Assembly: GCF_018977255.1 (NCBI RefSeq)
Contig: NW_024704742.1
Location: 97,218,001-97,282,000, forward strand
DNA: 64,000 nt
Reading direction: 5' to 3'
Source: Callorhinchus milii
Taxonomy: Eukaryota
Part shown: positions 1 through 12,990 of the stretch, piece by piece
Position numbering within the stretch: position 1 is the first letter of the stretch
Layout: each line of letters starts with the position of its first letter
Notes under the pieces: model-generated
Told to the model about the DNA's origin: nothing
Database searches by the model: none
Seen by the model: only the letters and a program-made list of their open reading frames with translations
Made by a program: the position numbers and the translations under genes

Positions 1-322
1 TGTTAGTGTAAAAGTCCTGTTATTTTAGCTAAAAGTCTTCCAGCACATATGAAGCTAGCAGGCTGGCTGCACGCATGCTTAATGAATGGCATCCACAAGA
101 GTATTTGCATTATAAACAAATTTGTTCCACCATGAAGTACATTATAAGCTGGACTGCACTATATATTGCTACTTTCCATATTTCAGCTAATGTCATCAAC
201 CGTAGCTTGGATATAACATCTTCTCTCTTCAGTGTTAGAAAAGATAATCACATTTACTTTAATCTTTTCTTCTTAGTTGAGCATTATCATTAAAAGAAAA
301 GCTGTTGATCACTCATATTCAC

Positions 323-429
323 CATTTTCCTGCATTATTGTGACAAGGAACATTTGGTTTATATTTCCTATATGGCAGATTTCGTGACATCATATCGACA
401 GATCCAAGCAGTTCCATGATACTGACGTA
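323..429 (-). CDS. VPS13A: VPS13A exon 12 (gene continues beyond the left edge)
   Basis: 107 nt, YVSIMELLGSVDMMSRNLPYRKYKPNVPCHNNAGKW, cag/gtgaat flanks. Confidence 0.92.
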
Positions 430-537
430 CTGTTAAAAGAATAAAAAAAAGTCAGTTATCCTTTCAAAATGAAAGGTATGTATTCATGAAGAGATAAAAC
501 AAACAGCTCCAATGGTTCTTAAATATGATTCTAGTAC

Positions 538-665
538 CTGAGGTCTTTTGAGTTCCATGGCGATATCTTGTAGTTTTACTTCCAAGTTAGTTTTTGGTGA
601 AGTAAAGTCAATGTCTCCTCTGGGATTCATCTCCAATTTAGCTCTGGCAGATATTGGCCGAAAAA
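538..665 (-). CDS. VPS13A: VPS13A exon 11
   Basis: 128 nt, FRPISARAKLEMNPRGDIDFTSPKTNLEVKLQDIAMELKRPQ. Confidence 0.92.
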
Positions 666-731
666 CTATTGAAAAAAAACGTAGTTTGAGTAGGGGAGAG
701 GGCAGGGGAGAGAGGGGAGGGGGAAAGGGGA

Positions 732-932
732 GAGGGTGGGAGCCAACCTTTGGCTCCTGCCGCTGCAGAGATGATGTTCACTAAAGTGGGAGCGAGTGAA
801 TTGGAATGTTGGAAATGGTCTCGGGCCGGATCCGGCCCGTGGGCCGCCAGCTGGACCATGCTGGATGCAGCCCATGGACCTTTCTCAAATAGGAAATCCG
901 ACCCTCGGCAGCCAAAAGGTTGGACCACCCTG
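732..932. mobile_element. Probable hAT-type MITE
   Basis: Right end reads CAGGGTGGTCCAACCTTTTGGC on the minus strand, degenerate inverted counterpart near 732-755, internal palindrome CGGGCCGGATCCGGCCCG (822-839). Confidence 0.5.
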
Positions 933-1052
933 TCGTAGATAGTGAAAATTTATGTTATTAATTCTTTGGGAGATATTCCACTACTCAGTGTTTCTATTAT
1001 GCAAATAGAAATTCAATGTTATCTACAAAATCACCAAATATATTCCTATGTC

Positions 1053-2668
1053 TACAACAACAACAAGATTCCATTTATTGAGCGCCTTTCACGTCGGGAG
1101 GACGTCCCAAGGCGCTGTACAGTTGGGTCAGGACCCGAGCAAGGGGGAAATGGTCAGGGTGAGGGGAGGGAAGGGAGGGAGCGAGGAGGGGGTAGAGAGT
1201 CGAGAGGGGAGCTGAAGGAACAGTCAACGAGAAAGGTCTTGAGACCGGCCTTGAAGGAGGAGAGGGAGGAAGCAAGGCGAAGGCACTGGGGGATAGAGTT
1301 CCAGAGGCTAGGAGCTGAGAGGCTGAAGGCCCGTCCACCGATGGTAGGGCGGTTGGGGCGGAGGATGTGCAGCAGACCGGAGCCAGAGGAACGGAGGGTA
1401 CGGGCAGGTAAGTAGGGGGATAGTAGGTCGGAGAGGTAGGAGGGAGCGAGGCCGTGAATGGCCTTGTAGGTGAGGATGAGGATCTTGAATTCGATCCTCT
1501 GGGGGATGGGGAGCCAGTGGAGGCGAGCGAGGGTGGGAGTGATGTGGTCGCGAAGCTTGTGGAGGGAGGTGCCGGGAAGGCCGACGAGGAGAGAGTTCCC
1601 ATAGTCCAGCCTTGAGGTGATAAAGGCGTGGACCAGTTTCAGCAGCGTGAGGGGTGAGGTAGTGCCGTAGTCTGGCGACATTCCGGAGGTGATGGAAGGC
1701 GGTGCCAGTTGTGGCGCGGATATGGGGGAGAAAGGACAACTCAGGGTCGAAGAGAACCCCGAGGTTCCTGACTGGCTTTGAGAGGTGGAGAGTGCAGCCT
1801 TGGATGCTGATGCTGTCAGCGCCTGAGGTGCGGAGGCGCTGATACGAGCCAATCAGGAGGGCCTCAGTTTTGCGCACGTTGAGCTGGAGAAAGTTATCTC
1901 TCGTCCAGGACTCGATGTCGGACAGGCAGCTGTCAGGACATCGGTGGTCGTGGAGTTGAGGGTAGAGGAGGAAAGGTAGAGGTGGGTGTCATCCGCATAC
2001 ATGTGGAAGTTAACCCCATGTCTGCGGATGATGTCACCAAGGGGGAGCATATAGAGGGTGAAGAGGAGGGGACCGAGGACAGAGCCTTGAGGGACACCGC
2101 ACGAGACAGTGCGGGGGCTGGAGGAAAAGCCGTTAGTAGAAACAAAATGAAGACGGTGGGAGAGGTACGACCTAAACCACTCAAGGACAGGGCCTTGAAG
2201 GTTTAGGTGGGAGGACAAGCGGTGGAGGAGGATAGCGTGGTCGACCGTATCGAATGCTGCCGATAGGTCGAGGAGGACGAGGAGGCAGAGGGAGCCCTGG
2301 TCACAGATGGTCAGGATGTCATTGGTGACCTTGACCAGGGCAATTTCTGTGCTATGGGCAGCACGGAAACCCGACTGAAGCGGTTCGAATAGTGAATGGT
2401 TGGAGAGGAAAGAGCGCAGCTGGGAGGCGACAACTCGTTCCAGGACCTTGGACAGGAAGGGGAGGTTGGAGATGGGCCGGTAGCTTGATAGCTGTGACGC
2501 ATCAAGGGAGGGTTTTTTCAAGGTGGGAGTGATGGTGGCAGTTTTTAAGGGAATGGGAACAGAGCCAGAGGAGAGGGACAGGTTGATGATGTCTGTGATA
2601 TGTGGGGCAAGGAGGTGGAGCTGGGAGATAAGGAGTGGAGTGGAGTGGGGATGGGGTCAAGGGTCTAG
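1053..2668 (-). mobile_element. L2-clade LINE, 5'-truncated, young copy
   Basis: RT motifs [45 protein letters not shown]-terminal LHWLP..RIEFKIL; (TTG)n tail. Confidence 0.93.
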
Positions 2669-2894
2669 AAGGGAATCCACACTCTCTTCCGAGAGGGATG
2701 CATCCAGCTTATCTAAGTATTAGGTGCAGTTTAGCAAGAACCGAGGCTTGATGTTTAAAATGAAGTTTAAACTGCATCCAATCAAGAGAGCTTTATGTAT
2801 TTCATTAGATACCTTGAACAATAGCACATGATCTTTCATTTCTTTTAAACTGTGCATATATGTATATTTTAACCACAAGTTAACAATATCCTCA

Positions 2895-3265
2895 TTTACC
2901 CTCACACATTCATCACATCTAGGCTTGACTACACCAACTCCCTGCTTGTTGGCCTTCCCAACTCTTCTCTTCACAAGCTGCAGATAATCCAGAACTCTGC
3001 AGCTTGTGTCCTCTCCGGAACCAGGCTCCGTGACCCCATCACCCCCACCCTCGCCCGGCTCCACTGGCTCCCCATCCCCCAGAGTTCAAAATCCTTGTCC
3101 TCACCTTCAAAGCCCTCTATGGCCTTGCTCCTTCCTACCCATGACCTGCTGAGCCCATATCAACCTATCCTCACCCTTCGCTCAGTAGGCTGTGCGTTCC
3201 ATGTCCCCTGCCCAGATCTCTCCACCATAGGCGGTCAGGACTTTAGCATTTCTGCCCACGCTGAA
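2895..3265 (+). mobile_element. L2 3' fragment, decayed
   Basis: Similar to the RLDY / LQIIQN / LHWLP region of the other L2 copies. Confidence 0.8.
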
Positions 3266-3654
3266 AACCCTCAATGTGCCACAAACAGGCGTGGATTGAT
3301 TGACAAAATTATTATTTAATTGCTTTTTTTGACTGATGTAAAAGCTTATGGGCTTGGTGAGTCAGTGAGCGTGAGTGCGTGGTGTGCATGTGTGCAAATA
3401 TGAGCTTGTGTTGGACAAGTGTGAACGCGTGGGGGATGTGTGTGTGTGTGTACGTGTGTATGTGTGTGTGAATGAGAGGTGAATCCATGTCTCGGCAAGC
3501 TGCCCACTTGACATTATCTGTATAAAAATGTGCAAGTGAGGCTAGCACATGACCCTTCCTGAAATCTTCTAGCAGGAATGACCGAGGGCTTCTAAATCTA
3601 ATTTTGTATCGTATCTCTCCGACCTGCTTACTCACACTGCTTTACTGGCTCCAC

Positions 3655-4040
3655 TTGGCTGGCTCCGGCCTCCTGTTTGTCCCCTCTGTTCCACCATTGA
3701 AACAGAGGCCATGCTTTCAGCCACTACGACCCGAAACCTTGGAACTTTCACTCTCAATCCCTCCACGTTCCCCGTGCGGCCCGCCCCACCATCGGCAGTC
3801 GGGTCTTCAGCCTTTCTGCCCACACCCTTTGAAACTCCTTTCCACATTCCCTTCGCCTCGCTCCCTCCCTTGCCTCCTTCAAGGCACATCTCAAAACCCT
3901 CCTCTTCGATCATGCCTTCTGGCACCCTTCTACCCTCCACCCTCCCCAATCCCAGCTCAGGTCCAAATCCCTGACAGTCCAATGCCTTGGAACATCCTCC
4001 CGACGTGAATGGTTATACAAATGCAATTTTGTATTGTATC
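3655..4040 (+). mobile_element. L2 3' end fragments
   Basis: L2 3' UTR and tail motif (CCTTGGAACATCCTCCCGACGTGAA...AAATGCAATTTTGT). Confidence 0.75.
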
Positions 4041-4057
4041 CTGCTTGTGTGACTTAC

Positions 4058-4115
4058 TGAACTGATAGTTCTCTGGAACAAAGTCTCCAGTTGCAACTCC
4101 ATCCTTCATGTATTT
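4058..4115 (-). CDS. VPS13A: VPS13A exon 10
   Basis: 58 nt, KYMKDGVATGDFVPENYQF, cag/gtaagt flanks. Confidence 0.9.
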
Positions 4116-7100
4116 CTGAAAGAGGTAAAAAATCACCACATGTTAAATGCCAAATTCAATAATCAAATGATGAAAAAGAGTCTGCAAAGGAAGGCTATGA
4201 TAAATTACTTAACGCAGGTATGGCTTGCTGATTCTTTGAGGGATATTCAACTTCAAAATACTGAAATTCTCAGTTGCACTGGCAAAATTATCCTCAAGGA
4301 TATTAAAGTTTCACACTTGAAAGTGATCTTGCCCTACATCTTTAGTTACACTGTGAAGCTAATTCTCAGTTCTTTATCCTTAGAAACAATAGGGAGAGAT
4401 TTTTCAGGCGAGTGAAGCACTAAAACATACTACTCCAAGGTTGGTGGAAACATTGTTGATGACACAAACATTAAATGAAGTGAAACGTGAAGCAACACAG
4501 TACAGGTTTTAAAAACAAATGGAAAAAAAACACTAACTCTCTTTAAGATTAAAGTATAGGTACTAAGTTTATTCACAACAAAAATATAAAATGGGCAATG
4601 CAATCAACCACAACATATTACAAAATCAAAGGCTATATTTATTAGGTCATTTATCCTTTTAATACTCTTTTAAAGTTTTTTTTAAAAAAGATGTTTTGTT
4701 TATCTCCTCAGAATTTTTGCTTCTCAAACAGATTGTGGCATTCCCATCCGTGCCACAAACATATTTTACACATCACAATCTTGAACTCCCAAATAGAAAA
4801 CTGTGATGAGACGCCACTTAACTGATAGCAAGCAGAATCTCATTTTCCTCAGATTTGCCAATTTACTTGTATGAAATAGTGTTAAGAGGATCTCTCTTTA
4901 AAGAATCTATGAGTTTGATTTGATCTATTGAAGCACCTAGATCAGTTATTCCCAGCACCTGAGAGCCTCTAATCCCTGTTTTAAGACTTCCATAGTGCTA
5001 CTTTCAGCACCTTGGGATGTCAAATATAATTTTGTTGTTGGTCACAAAGATTAATTTACATTGAGTAGAAATGTCACCCAAGTTATCATAGTCATTCTAA
5101 AAGATGAAGAGCAGCAAAAAAATCCAGGAAAAAAAGAGAATTCAAATATAGTGTCTTATCCTCTGAAAACAGTCTCCACAAGATATAATACTGTGGATAT
5201 GTCCACGTTGGTGAGATATTCCAAAATAATAAGTGACAGATGATAACCATACCAAGCTGTAATCTATGACCATGGACAAACAAAGTTGAGAGTTTCGACT
5301 AAAATAGAACAAAAGTCAGAGATGATTGCTTTTTCAAAGTGATCGATAGTTAAGACATGTTTGGATCACAATTTTTGATCAGGTTTGGTTAGTTCCAAAG
5401 TTACCTCTGTCATGCTATCTAAAGACTCCTGTACATATTCTACTTGATCTGACATTTACAAACTGCCTCAGTGGTGCAGCAATCCTGCCACATCCTTCAG
5501 TTGTTGAGGCTGACAGGTCAGGAAGGTGTGCCAATTTGGATGGGGAAATTAGGCAGATATCCACCATAGCTGTTAGTCAGAATATGCTATTCACGATTTA
5601 ATAAGGATGGAGATAAATGGATCCTTCTGTCAAGATTCACTATTTCATTCTGTTATTTAAAATCTGATCTGGTTGAAACAGATGTATATCAGGGCAGTTT
5701 TCATTTCTCGGTGAGATGTTAAGAAGTTCACGTTAATGTTAAGTCATGTTTTTGCATTATTTGGGGTTGCTCGTCTGCTGTTGGAACTGCAAGCTTGAAT
5801 AAAAATCCATTTTCTTTTAAATTCTGATGTGGTTTGTCAACACGAGCAGCACTGGCCAAAGTTCAAGCAGAAAACAGTCAAGAAAATACATTAAGAGCTG
5901 AGCTAAAGAAGCATCTGAATATGACAAGAAGTGAAAACCATACAGGGTGAACCCACATATTTTACGTCTTAACTGTGAAACAGCATGCAGGCCACTGCAG
6001 AACTAGGAGGGGAAAAAAAGCAAAATGAAGTCTGAATTTATCAAAAAAAACATACAAAGTTCAGTTGGAAAAAATGGCATCTGGTGCAATGTAAGAATCT
6101 TGAACAAAAGACCTTAGCAACCTTAAATGGGTCAATTACCCACTAAAGAAACATTAGTGACCAACTAGTGACTATCCTTCTTGTGGGGAGGTAAGTGGGG
6201 GGGGGGATCTCCTTAAAGCTGAACTGGCTTCAAGGTGACATATTTGACAATGGAAAGTCAGAATCAAGCCAATCCTCTGTGGCTTACTCAGCAATCCAGT
6301 TCCTGAGAGAGGCTCACAGGACTCAAGGGCATGGCTAATGTCAGGCCAGCCAATCTAGCTCATCACCAAGATTTGGAATGGCAAACCGGTCACTGGAGTT
6401 GGGGACATTTCCCATTGAGCTCTTGGTAACCCTGCAAGCAAAAGCCCTATTGGGTAGGGTGGTCCAGCTGGACAAGTAGCTCCTCCCTACGTGAAAGGTG
6501 CTATACAAATTTAATCTTGTTGTTGTTGTTCTTGCCAGACAGTGTTTTCAACTACAATGTGATAAATTCAGACCTTCCTTTGCTGCACATGTTTAGCTGG
6601 TTACATTCCAGCAGTACCCCAATGCACTCTGGGCGTTCCCAAGAGCCAACCTATATCTATTACTCTCTGGAATTATGTAAGAAAGATGTGTCCCTCCAGG
6701 AGAGAGCACATTCCATTTCAACAAATATCTCTGGAATTTACATGTATAAGTGCAATGTATGAAACTGTTTTTGGATTTATCTTAAGCATGTTTTCTGGAA
6801 GAATATGATCAAATGATTTGAAGTGCCCTTTTCATCAAACCCTCTCGTGGGATTCGAATAAAGCAGAAGCTTCCTTGAAGTGTTTACATGAAAGAACTAT
6901 CAGTGATGAAGATGCTCTCATTAACAGAAGCAAAAATGACATCTGGCCAAGCAACTCAGAATTAAACTTTGGTTCTTGTTGTGAATCCCATTTACCAAGA
7001 TCGTATATTATGTACATCAGTCTTGCTACCAGAACATAATTTTTGCTTCCGTTTTTCCAACTTGCACATTTGAAATTCATTGTCTCAGCTTGTGATATGT

Positions 7101-7392
7101 ACCAATAACCATCACTAATGCAACATTAGAACAAATAAAGTAACGGCTTTGGTTGCAAACCTAGTTTAGGGAAGCACAACAATAGCGGCATGAGATCTCT
7201 TGTAAAAGAGCACAAGTTCTGGAGGGTTAGATTATGTTCCTTGTATTGCTTGGTGGTTAAACATATTCCACCTCTTGAAGGATATATACCTGCTGTAAAA
7301 GAGGGTCAAATTTAGCCTCAAAATTAAAGAATTATTCAGTGATTATTTACACCTAACAGCAAATTACATTTGGTACAAAGAAGTGAACTTAC

Positions 7393-7473
7393 CAAGGCCT
7401 CTTTTGAATTGTGTTTGGAATACATCACTGTGTTGACATTCCAGTAGGCACAGAGGCTGTCCAATCGGATAAG
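7393..7473 (-). CDS. VPS13A: VPS13A exon 9
   Basis: 81 nt, LIRLDSLCAYWNVNTVMYSKHNSKEAL, aag/gtaagt flanks. Confidence 0.92.
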
Positions 7474-7519
7474 CTTAAAAAAAGGGAGAAGATTCTTCAT
7501 TCACGTATCAAAAAATGTC

Positions 7520-7670
7520 TGCCTGGGTCAACTGGTAGCACTCTCACCACTGGGCAGAAGATTGTGGGTTCATGTCCTACAACAGGACTTGAGCTCACTG
7601 GCTGACAAATGTAGTGTTGGGAAAGCACTATGTTGTTGGAGGTGCAATCCTTTGGGTGAAACATTAAAAC
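7520..7670 (+). mobile_element. Deu-domain SINE 5' fragment
   Basis: Similar to the heads of the copies at 11407 and 48278. Confidence 0.55.
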
Positions 7671-7671
7671 A

Positions 7672-9500
7672 CATTCTCCTCACCTCCCTTGCTTCTTTTA
7701 ACAACTATTTTAAATTGGTGCCCTCGGGTTACCGACCTACCCGCCAATGGAAATAGTTTCCCCTTGTTCACCCTATCAAGCCCCTCATAATTTTGAAAAC
7801 TTCTATTAAGTCTCCTCTTAACCTTCTCTACTCCAAGGAGAATAATCCTAGCTTCTCTAGTCTCTCCTGATAACTGAAGTCCCTCATTCCTGGTACCATC
7901 CTACTGAATCTGCTTTGCACCCTCTCCAATGCCTTGATATGCTTCCTAAAGTGAGGTGCCCAAAACTGAACACAGTACTCTAGCTGAGGCCTAACCAGTG
8001 TTTTATAAAGGTTCATCATAACTTCCTGACTTTTGTATTCTATGCCTCTATTTATAAAGCCTTAATATCCCGTATGCTTTTTTAACAGCTTTATCTACCT
8101 GTCCTACCACCTTCAAAGATTTACTTACATGAACCCCCAGGTCTCTCTCTTCCTTCACCCCCTTTAAGATTGTACCATCAGTTTATATTCCTCATTCTTC
8201 CTCCCAAAATGCATCACTTTGCATTTCTCCACATTAAACTTCATCTGCCACGTGTCTGCCCATTTTACCAGTCTGTCTATGTCCTCTTGCAGTCTGCTGC
8301 TATCCTCCTCACTGTTTACTACTTTTCCTAGCTTAGCCTTATCTGCAAACTTGGAAATTGTACTCTTTATACCCAAGTCTAGGACATTTATATAGATCAA
8401 AAATAGCAGTGGTCCCAATATCGACCCCTGGGGGACACCACTGCACACTTCCCTCCAGTCAGAAAAACAACCGTTCACCACCACTCTCTGCTTTCTGTCT
8501 CCCAGCCAGTTCTGTATCCATGCTGCCACTGTCCCTTTAATACAGTGGGCTTCTATTTTGCTTACAAATCTTTTATGTGGCACTTTATCAAACGCCTTTT
8601 GAAAATCCATATAAACTACATCAACTGCACTACCTTCATCCACCCTCTCCGTTACTTTATCAAAAAGCTCAATCGGGTTTGTTAGATACGATTTGCCTTT
8701 AACAAATCCGTGTTGGCTGTCCTTAGAAAAATATGGGTTAATTAAGTGAAAATGTATTTTGTCCTGGATTACAGTCTTTGGAGGTTTCCCCACTACTGAT
8801 ATTAGACTTGACTGGCCTGTAGTTCCTGGGTTTATCCTTCTGCCCCTTTTTGTACAGGGGAGTAACATTTGCAACCCTCCAGTGTTCTGGCACCATAAAC
8901 TACATCAACTGCACTACCTTCATCCACCCTCTCCTTTACTTCATTAAAAAAACTTTATCAGGTTTATTGGACATGATTGGCCTTTAACAAATTTGTGTTG
9001 GCTGTCCTTTATTAACCCATATTTTTCTAAGTGAAAATTTATTTTGTCCCGGATTATAGTCTCTAAAAGTTTCCCCACTACTGACATTAGGCTGACTGGC
9101 CTATAGTTCCACGGTTTATTTTTCTGCCCCTTTTTGTACAGGTGAGTAACATTTACAACCCCCCAGTCATTTGGCACCACCCCAGTGTCCAAAGATTGAA
9201 AGTTGTGGCCACAGCCTCCAATATTTCCACCCTTTGTGGGATACATCCGTCTGGACCGGGTGACATATCTACCTTGAGCACCGACAATCTTTTTAGTACC
9301 TTCTCTGTTTATTCTTATCCAATTTGTATTTGTTCTGACCCCGAACTATCTCTACCTTGAAGGCTTCTTATTGCTCATTAGCTATTTTACCTGCCATTCT
9401 TTCTTTCCAGTCCACCTTAGCTAGACCCCTTTTTATCACTGAAATTAGCCCTCTTCCAGTTGAGTATCTTCACCTTTGATTGCTCCTTGTCCCTTTCCAT
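7672..9500 (-). mobile_element. CR1 LINE ORF2 remnant with an internally duplicated RT segment
   Basis: SQHGFVKGKS, VYMDFQKAFDKVPH, GVPQGS.LGP, RPQLEYCVQFWAPH. Confidence 0.93.
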
Positions 9501-9665
9501 CTTCTTTGACCATGCCTTCGGTCATCCTCTCACCTCCACCCCCCTTGACCGCCACCCCTCAGCTCCAATCCCCAGGACGAGTGTAAACCCTTGACTGTCC
9601 AGTGCTTTGGGATGTCCCCCTGAAGTGAAAGGTGCTATATAAATACCCTTTTTTGTTGTTGTTGT
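9500..9665 (+). mobile_element. L2 3' tail
   Basis: L2 3' UTR plus (TTG)n. Confidence 0.7.
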
Positions 9666-9953
9666 AGTAAATTAGTCATTCACTTCAGGCTGTTTATGGA
9701 ACATTGTTGTCCACAAATTGGCTGTAACATTCACCTCCAGATACAGTCACTGCACTTTATATAAATTTTGAGGTATGCTTTGCAACACTGACTTAACAGG
9801 CATTAGATCAATGCAATGATTTTTATATCATTACTATGTGAAAGGGTCAATTACTCCATGGCCATTTGTGGGACATGCAAATAGTCAATATCAAATGCCA
9901 GGATTATCAAGTTTCGAATTCTAATGCTACAAACTGTTACTATTACTATTTAC

Positions 9954-10007
9954 CTTATGGACAAGGTGTGAACAGTCATCAACTAGGCATGGAATCACGT
10001 CTGTTGT
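9954..10007 (-). CDS. VPS13A: VPS13A exon 8
   Basis: 54 nt, phase 0, cag/gtaaat flanks, TTDVIPCLVDDCSHLVHK; expected position between exons 7 and 9. Confidence 0.82.
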
Positions 10008-10077
10008 CTGTAAAACAATATTAAGAAATTGAGTGCAACAGTTGTTTCTAATGGTATCTGTATCCTCCTTCAATATA

Positions 10078-10490
10078 ACCTCCTACAAGTCCTGCCTCAA
10101 AACCCTCCTCTTCAACCATGCCATCGGTCACACCCCTTCCCCTCCCTCCCTTCTCCTTCGCTGGCCCCAGCTCGGGTCTGAAATGCTGTACACTGTCCAG
10201 CGCCTTGGGATGTCCTCCCGACGTGAAAGGCACTATATAAGTGTAATCTTGTTGTTGTTGTATCATCTGTCATACAGATAACCAAACATCTGAGATACTT
10301 TCACAATTGAGATCAGGATTCCATCCCACAGATCCTCCACTTCAACCATGCCTTTGGCCTCCCGCCTACCCTCCACACCTCCTGATCCCAAACCCCTGCT
10401 TGGGTCCAAATCCTTGAATGTCCAGCGACTTGGGACTTCTTCCTGATGTGAAAGGCGCTGCACAAATGTAATTTGTTGTTGTTGCTGTTG
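10078..10490 (+). mobile_element. Two L2 3' tails (about 10078-10260 and 10335-10490)
   Basis: Each ends in a GTCCAGCG..TTGGGA...GTGAAAGGC motif and (TTG)n. Confidence 0.75.
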
Positions 10491-10766
10491 TAATATTTCA
10501 GATTGGAATTTGAATCTGTGACCTACTGATTTGCTCGGTTTAGTGTCCAGTGGCAGTGCCTTTATCCATTAGGCCATTGAGGAAGTCCAGGCTAAAGTTA
10601 TTATTGTAAAATCAATGTTGATGTGGTCAGCAATGAGTCCTGCTGTCTCACCATTTATTTAGCACACAGTAACTATTTATTCAGTGAACTTATATCACAA
10701 ACGTACAACACAAAAATAAAAATGAATCATAAGGGTGCAAGGTTTAAAACTTTAAACTCATAATAC

Positions 10767-10826
10767 CTGCAGACTCAGATTCTGAAGTGACACTCCAAAC
10801 GATAGTGGACAGTTTTCATTTGTGAT
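10767..10826 (-). CDS. VPS13A: VPS13A exon 7
   Basis: 60 nt, phase 0, ITNENCPLSFGVSLQNLSLQ. Confidence 0.92.
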
Positions 10827-11406
10827 CTGTAAATAAAAAATCCAAACTACTCAAAAGCAGGTTTTTATGAACAATGAACATGATAGAAATGACATAATCT
10901 TAGTATTTACTTTTATATTGACACACATTATTCTGTTTTTTTCCCCAGAACTCCCAAACTGGAGGTAATTTTGTAAAAAAAAATCAAGAGTTAAGAAGAA
11001 AATCAATAAATGCTGGAAATATTAAAAAGGAATGAAAATCTTTTTTAAAATTGTCTCCTCAGCTATACCATATTAACATCACTTCATCATTTGTTAAAAT
11101 GAATACCCTTCTATTCCACTATTCTTTAAATATTTTCAACTTTTCAAAATGTATTTTTGTTATTTGCTCATCATCTCCAGCAAGTAGATTTTATAAACAT
11201 AAAAGCCCACATGCCCTCTGACAAATGCTGTATCATCATTCAGTTCTAATCCTCCTACAACAATCTTGCAAAATGAAACTCCAAAAACACACCGATAATT
11301 ATATCTAATCAAAGTCCAAATAATGGCAAATTTGAATCATATTGCAAAATCTGGATAACGTTTCTATTATTACAATACTGACAATTCTAAGTCATTCAAG
11401 AAGTAA

Positions 11407-11832
11407 GGTGTCAGCCTGGCTCAGTTGGTAGCATTTTTGCCTCTGAGTCAGAAGGTGTGGGTTCACATCAGTCCTCAACATCCATATAGTCTATGCTGAC
11501 ACCAATGCAATGCTGGGGGTGTGCTACATTGCCAGAAGTACTTTCCTTCGGATGAGACTTTAAACTGAGCTCTCATTTGTCTGTCCAGGTGACATTAAAG
11601 ATCCCAAGGGACTATTCAAAAAGAAAAGGGAAATTCTCCCAGCGTCCTGGTCAACAATCTCCCCAAATAAAATTGGTCATTCACTCCATGACGGTTTGTG
11701 AGATACTGTTGTACACAAATTGGTTTCAGTGTTCACCCACAAACTACATACAGTCACAGCAATTTCTATATATACACTGTGAAATGTCTTGATTATGTTA
11801 GAAACACAATTATCAAACACAAGACTTATTAT
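11407..11832 (+). mobile_element. tRNA-headed Deu-domain SINE (SacSINE1-like)
   Basis: Box A TGGCTCAGTTGG, box B-like GGGTTCAC, Deu-like core (CTTCGGATGAGACTTTAAAC), L2-like tail. Confidence 0.75.
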
Positions 11833-12696
11833 TACTCAACCTTGTGGAATATGTGTAACATTGCAAGGAAGAAAAAGGAATTAAGCTTCCCTACAGGAAT
11901 CAAATTTTGACTAAAACATTTTACTTTTGCCCTTTCAAAAAAGAAAATAAGAAAACACTAACATAAAATCTGCTCATTTATCTCGGAAGTTGCTAGCCCA
12001 TCCATTCAAATTATTGTCCCAAGAGGAAGGATTTAAATTAAGTGTGATTTTTTTAAAGCTTCAGGGTATCAAGTTACCAATTATCAAATAACTAGCACGT
12101 GGTAATCATCAAACATCGCCTAGATCATGAAAATATACTGCCTTGACGGTTTAAAGATAATGTTGCTACAATAAGGAGATAAAGGAGAAGATTTGCGAGA
12201 GCCTCACTTGAGCAGAGAGCCCAGCAGCGTGAGGAGGGAACTGAGTGAGGTGGAACAAAGTGAGAATTCTGTAAAGGAATGGGAATTCAATGCAGAGGGG
12301 AAAGAGGTGCATAATCATAAAATATATATAGTATATTAAGATAATATAAAACATGTCTGGAAATATGGCAAAGCAGCTGAGACCAGTTGCATGCACAATA
12401 TGTGCCATGTGGGAACTCCAGGATGGTTTGTGTGCCCTGGACAGACACATGTGTAGGAAGTGTAGGAAGTGCCTCCAGCCGCTTGAGCTCAGAGTTTCTG
12501 AGCTTGAGGAGAGGCTGGTGTCACAACATAGCATACGGGAGGCTGAAGAGTTCATGGACCTCTGCCAACTTCTCCTCCCTCCTCTCTTCCCTTAACTTCT
12601 CCCTCCTCATCCACTCCCCCACAGATGACAGTGGCCACCCCGTTGACCTGGTGATCACCCGAAGCCTCACCGTCTTGGACAGCACCATCGTCGATA

Positions 12697-12990
12697 AATA
12701 ATAATAAACCTTGCATTTGATATAGCGCTTTTCACGTCTTCTTGACGTCCCAAAGCGCTTCACAGAATATATAATAATAATAATCCTTGCATTTGATATT
12801 GCGCTTTTCACGTCGGGAGGACGTCCCAAAGCGCTTCACAGAACACACACTGTAAAGTGAATTGACTGTATATTTGTGGGCGAACGCGGCAGCCAATTGC
12901 GCACAGCAATGTCCCACAAACAGTCATGGATTTAAAATGACCAATTTATTATTGTTTTTTTTGGAGGGATTATTATTAGGCGTGTGGAGA
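12697..12990 (-). mobile_element. L2-tailed SINE, 5'-truncated with a doubled 3' tail, inserted within an L2 fragment
   Basis: Matches the body of the 39507-39823 SINE; two tandem tails ending in (TTA)n. Confidence 0.8.

Noticed and set aside
8164..8874. Functional reverse transcriptase genes (also 15099-15809, 1853-2521)
   Set aside because: Frameshifted fragments; the CR1 catalytic motif reads FADK rather than FADD
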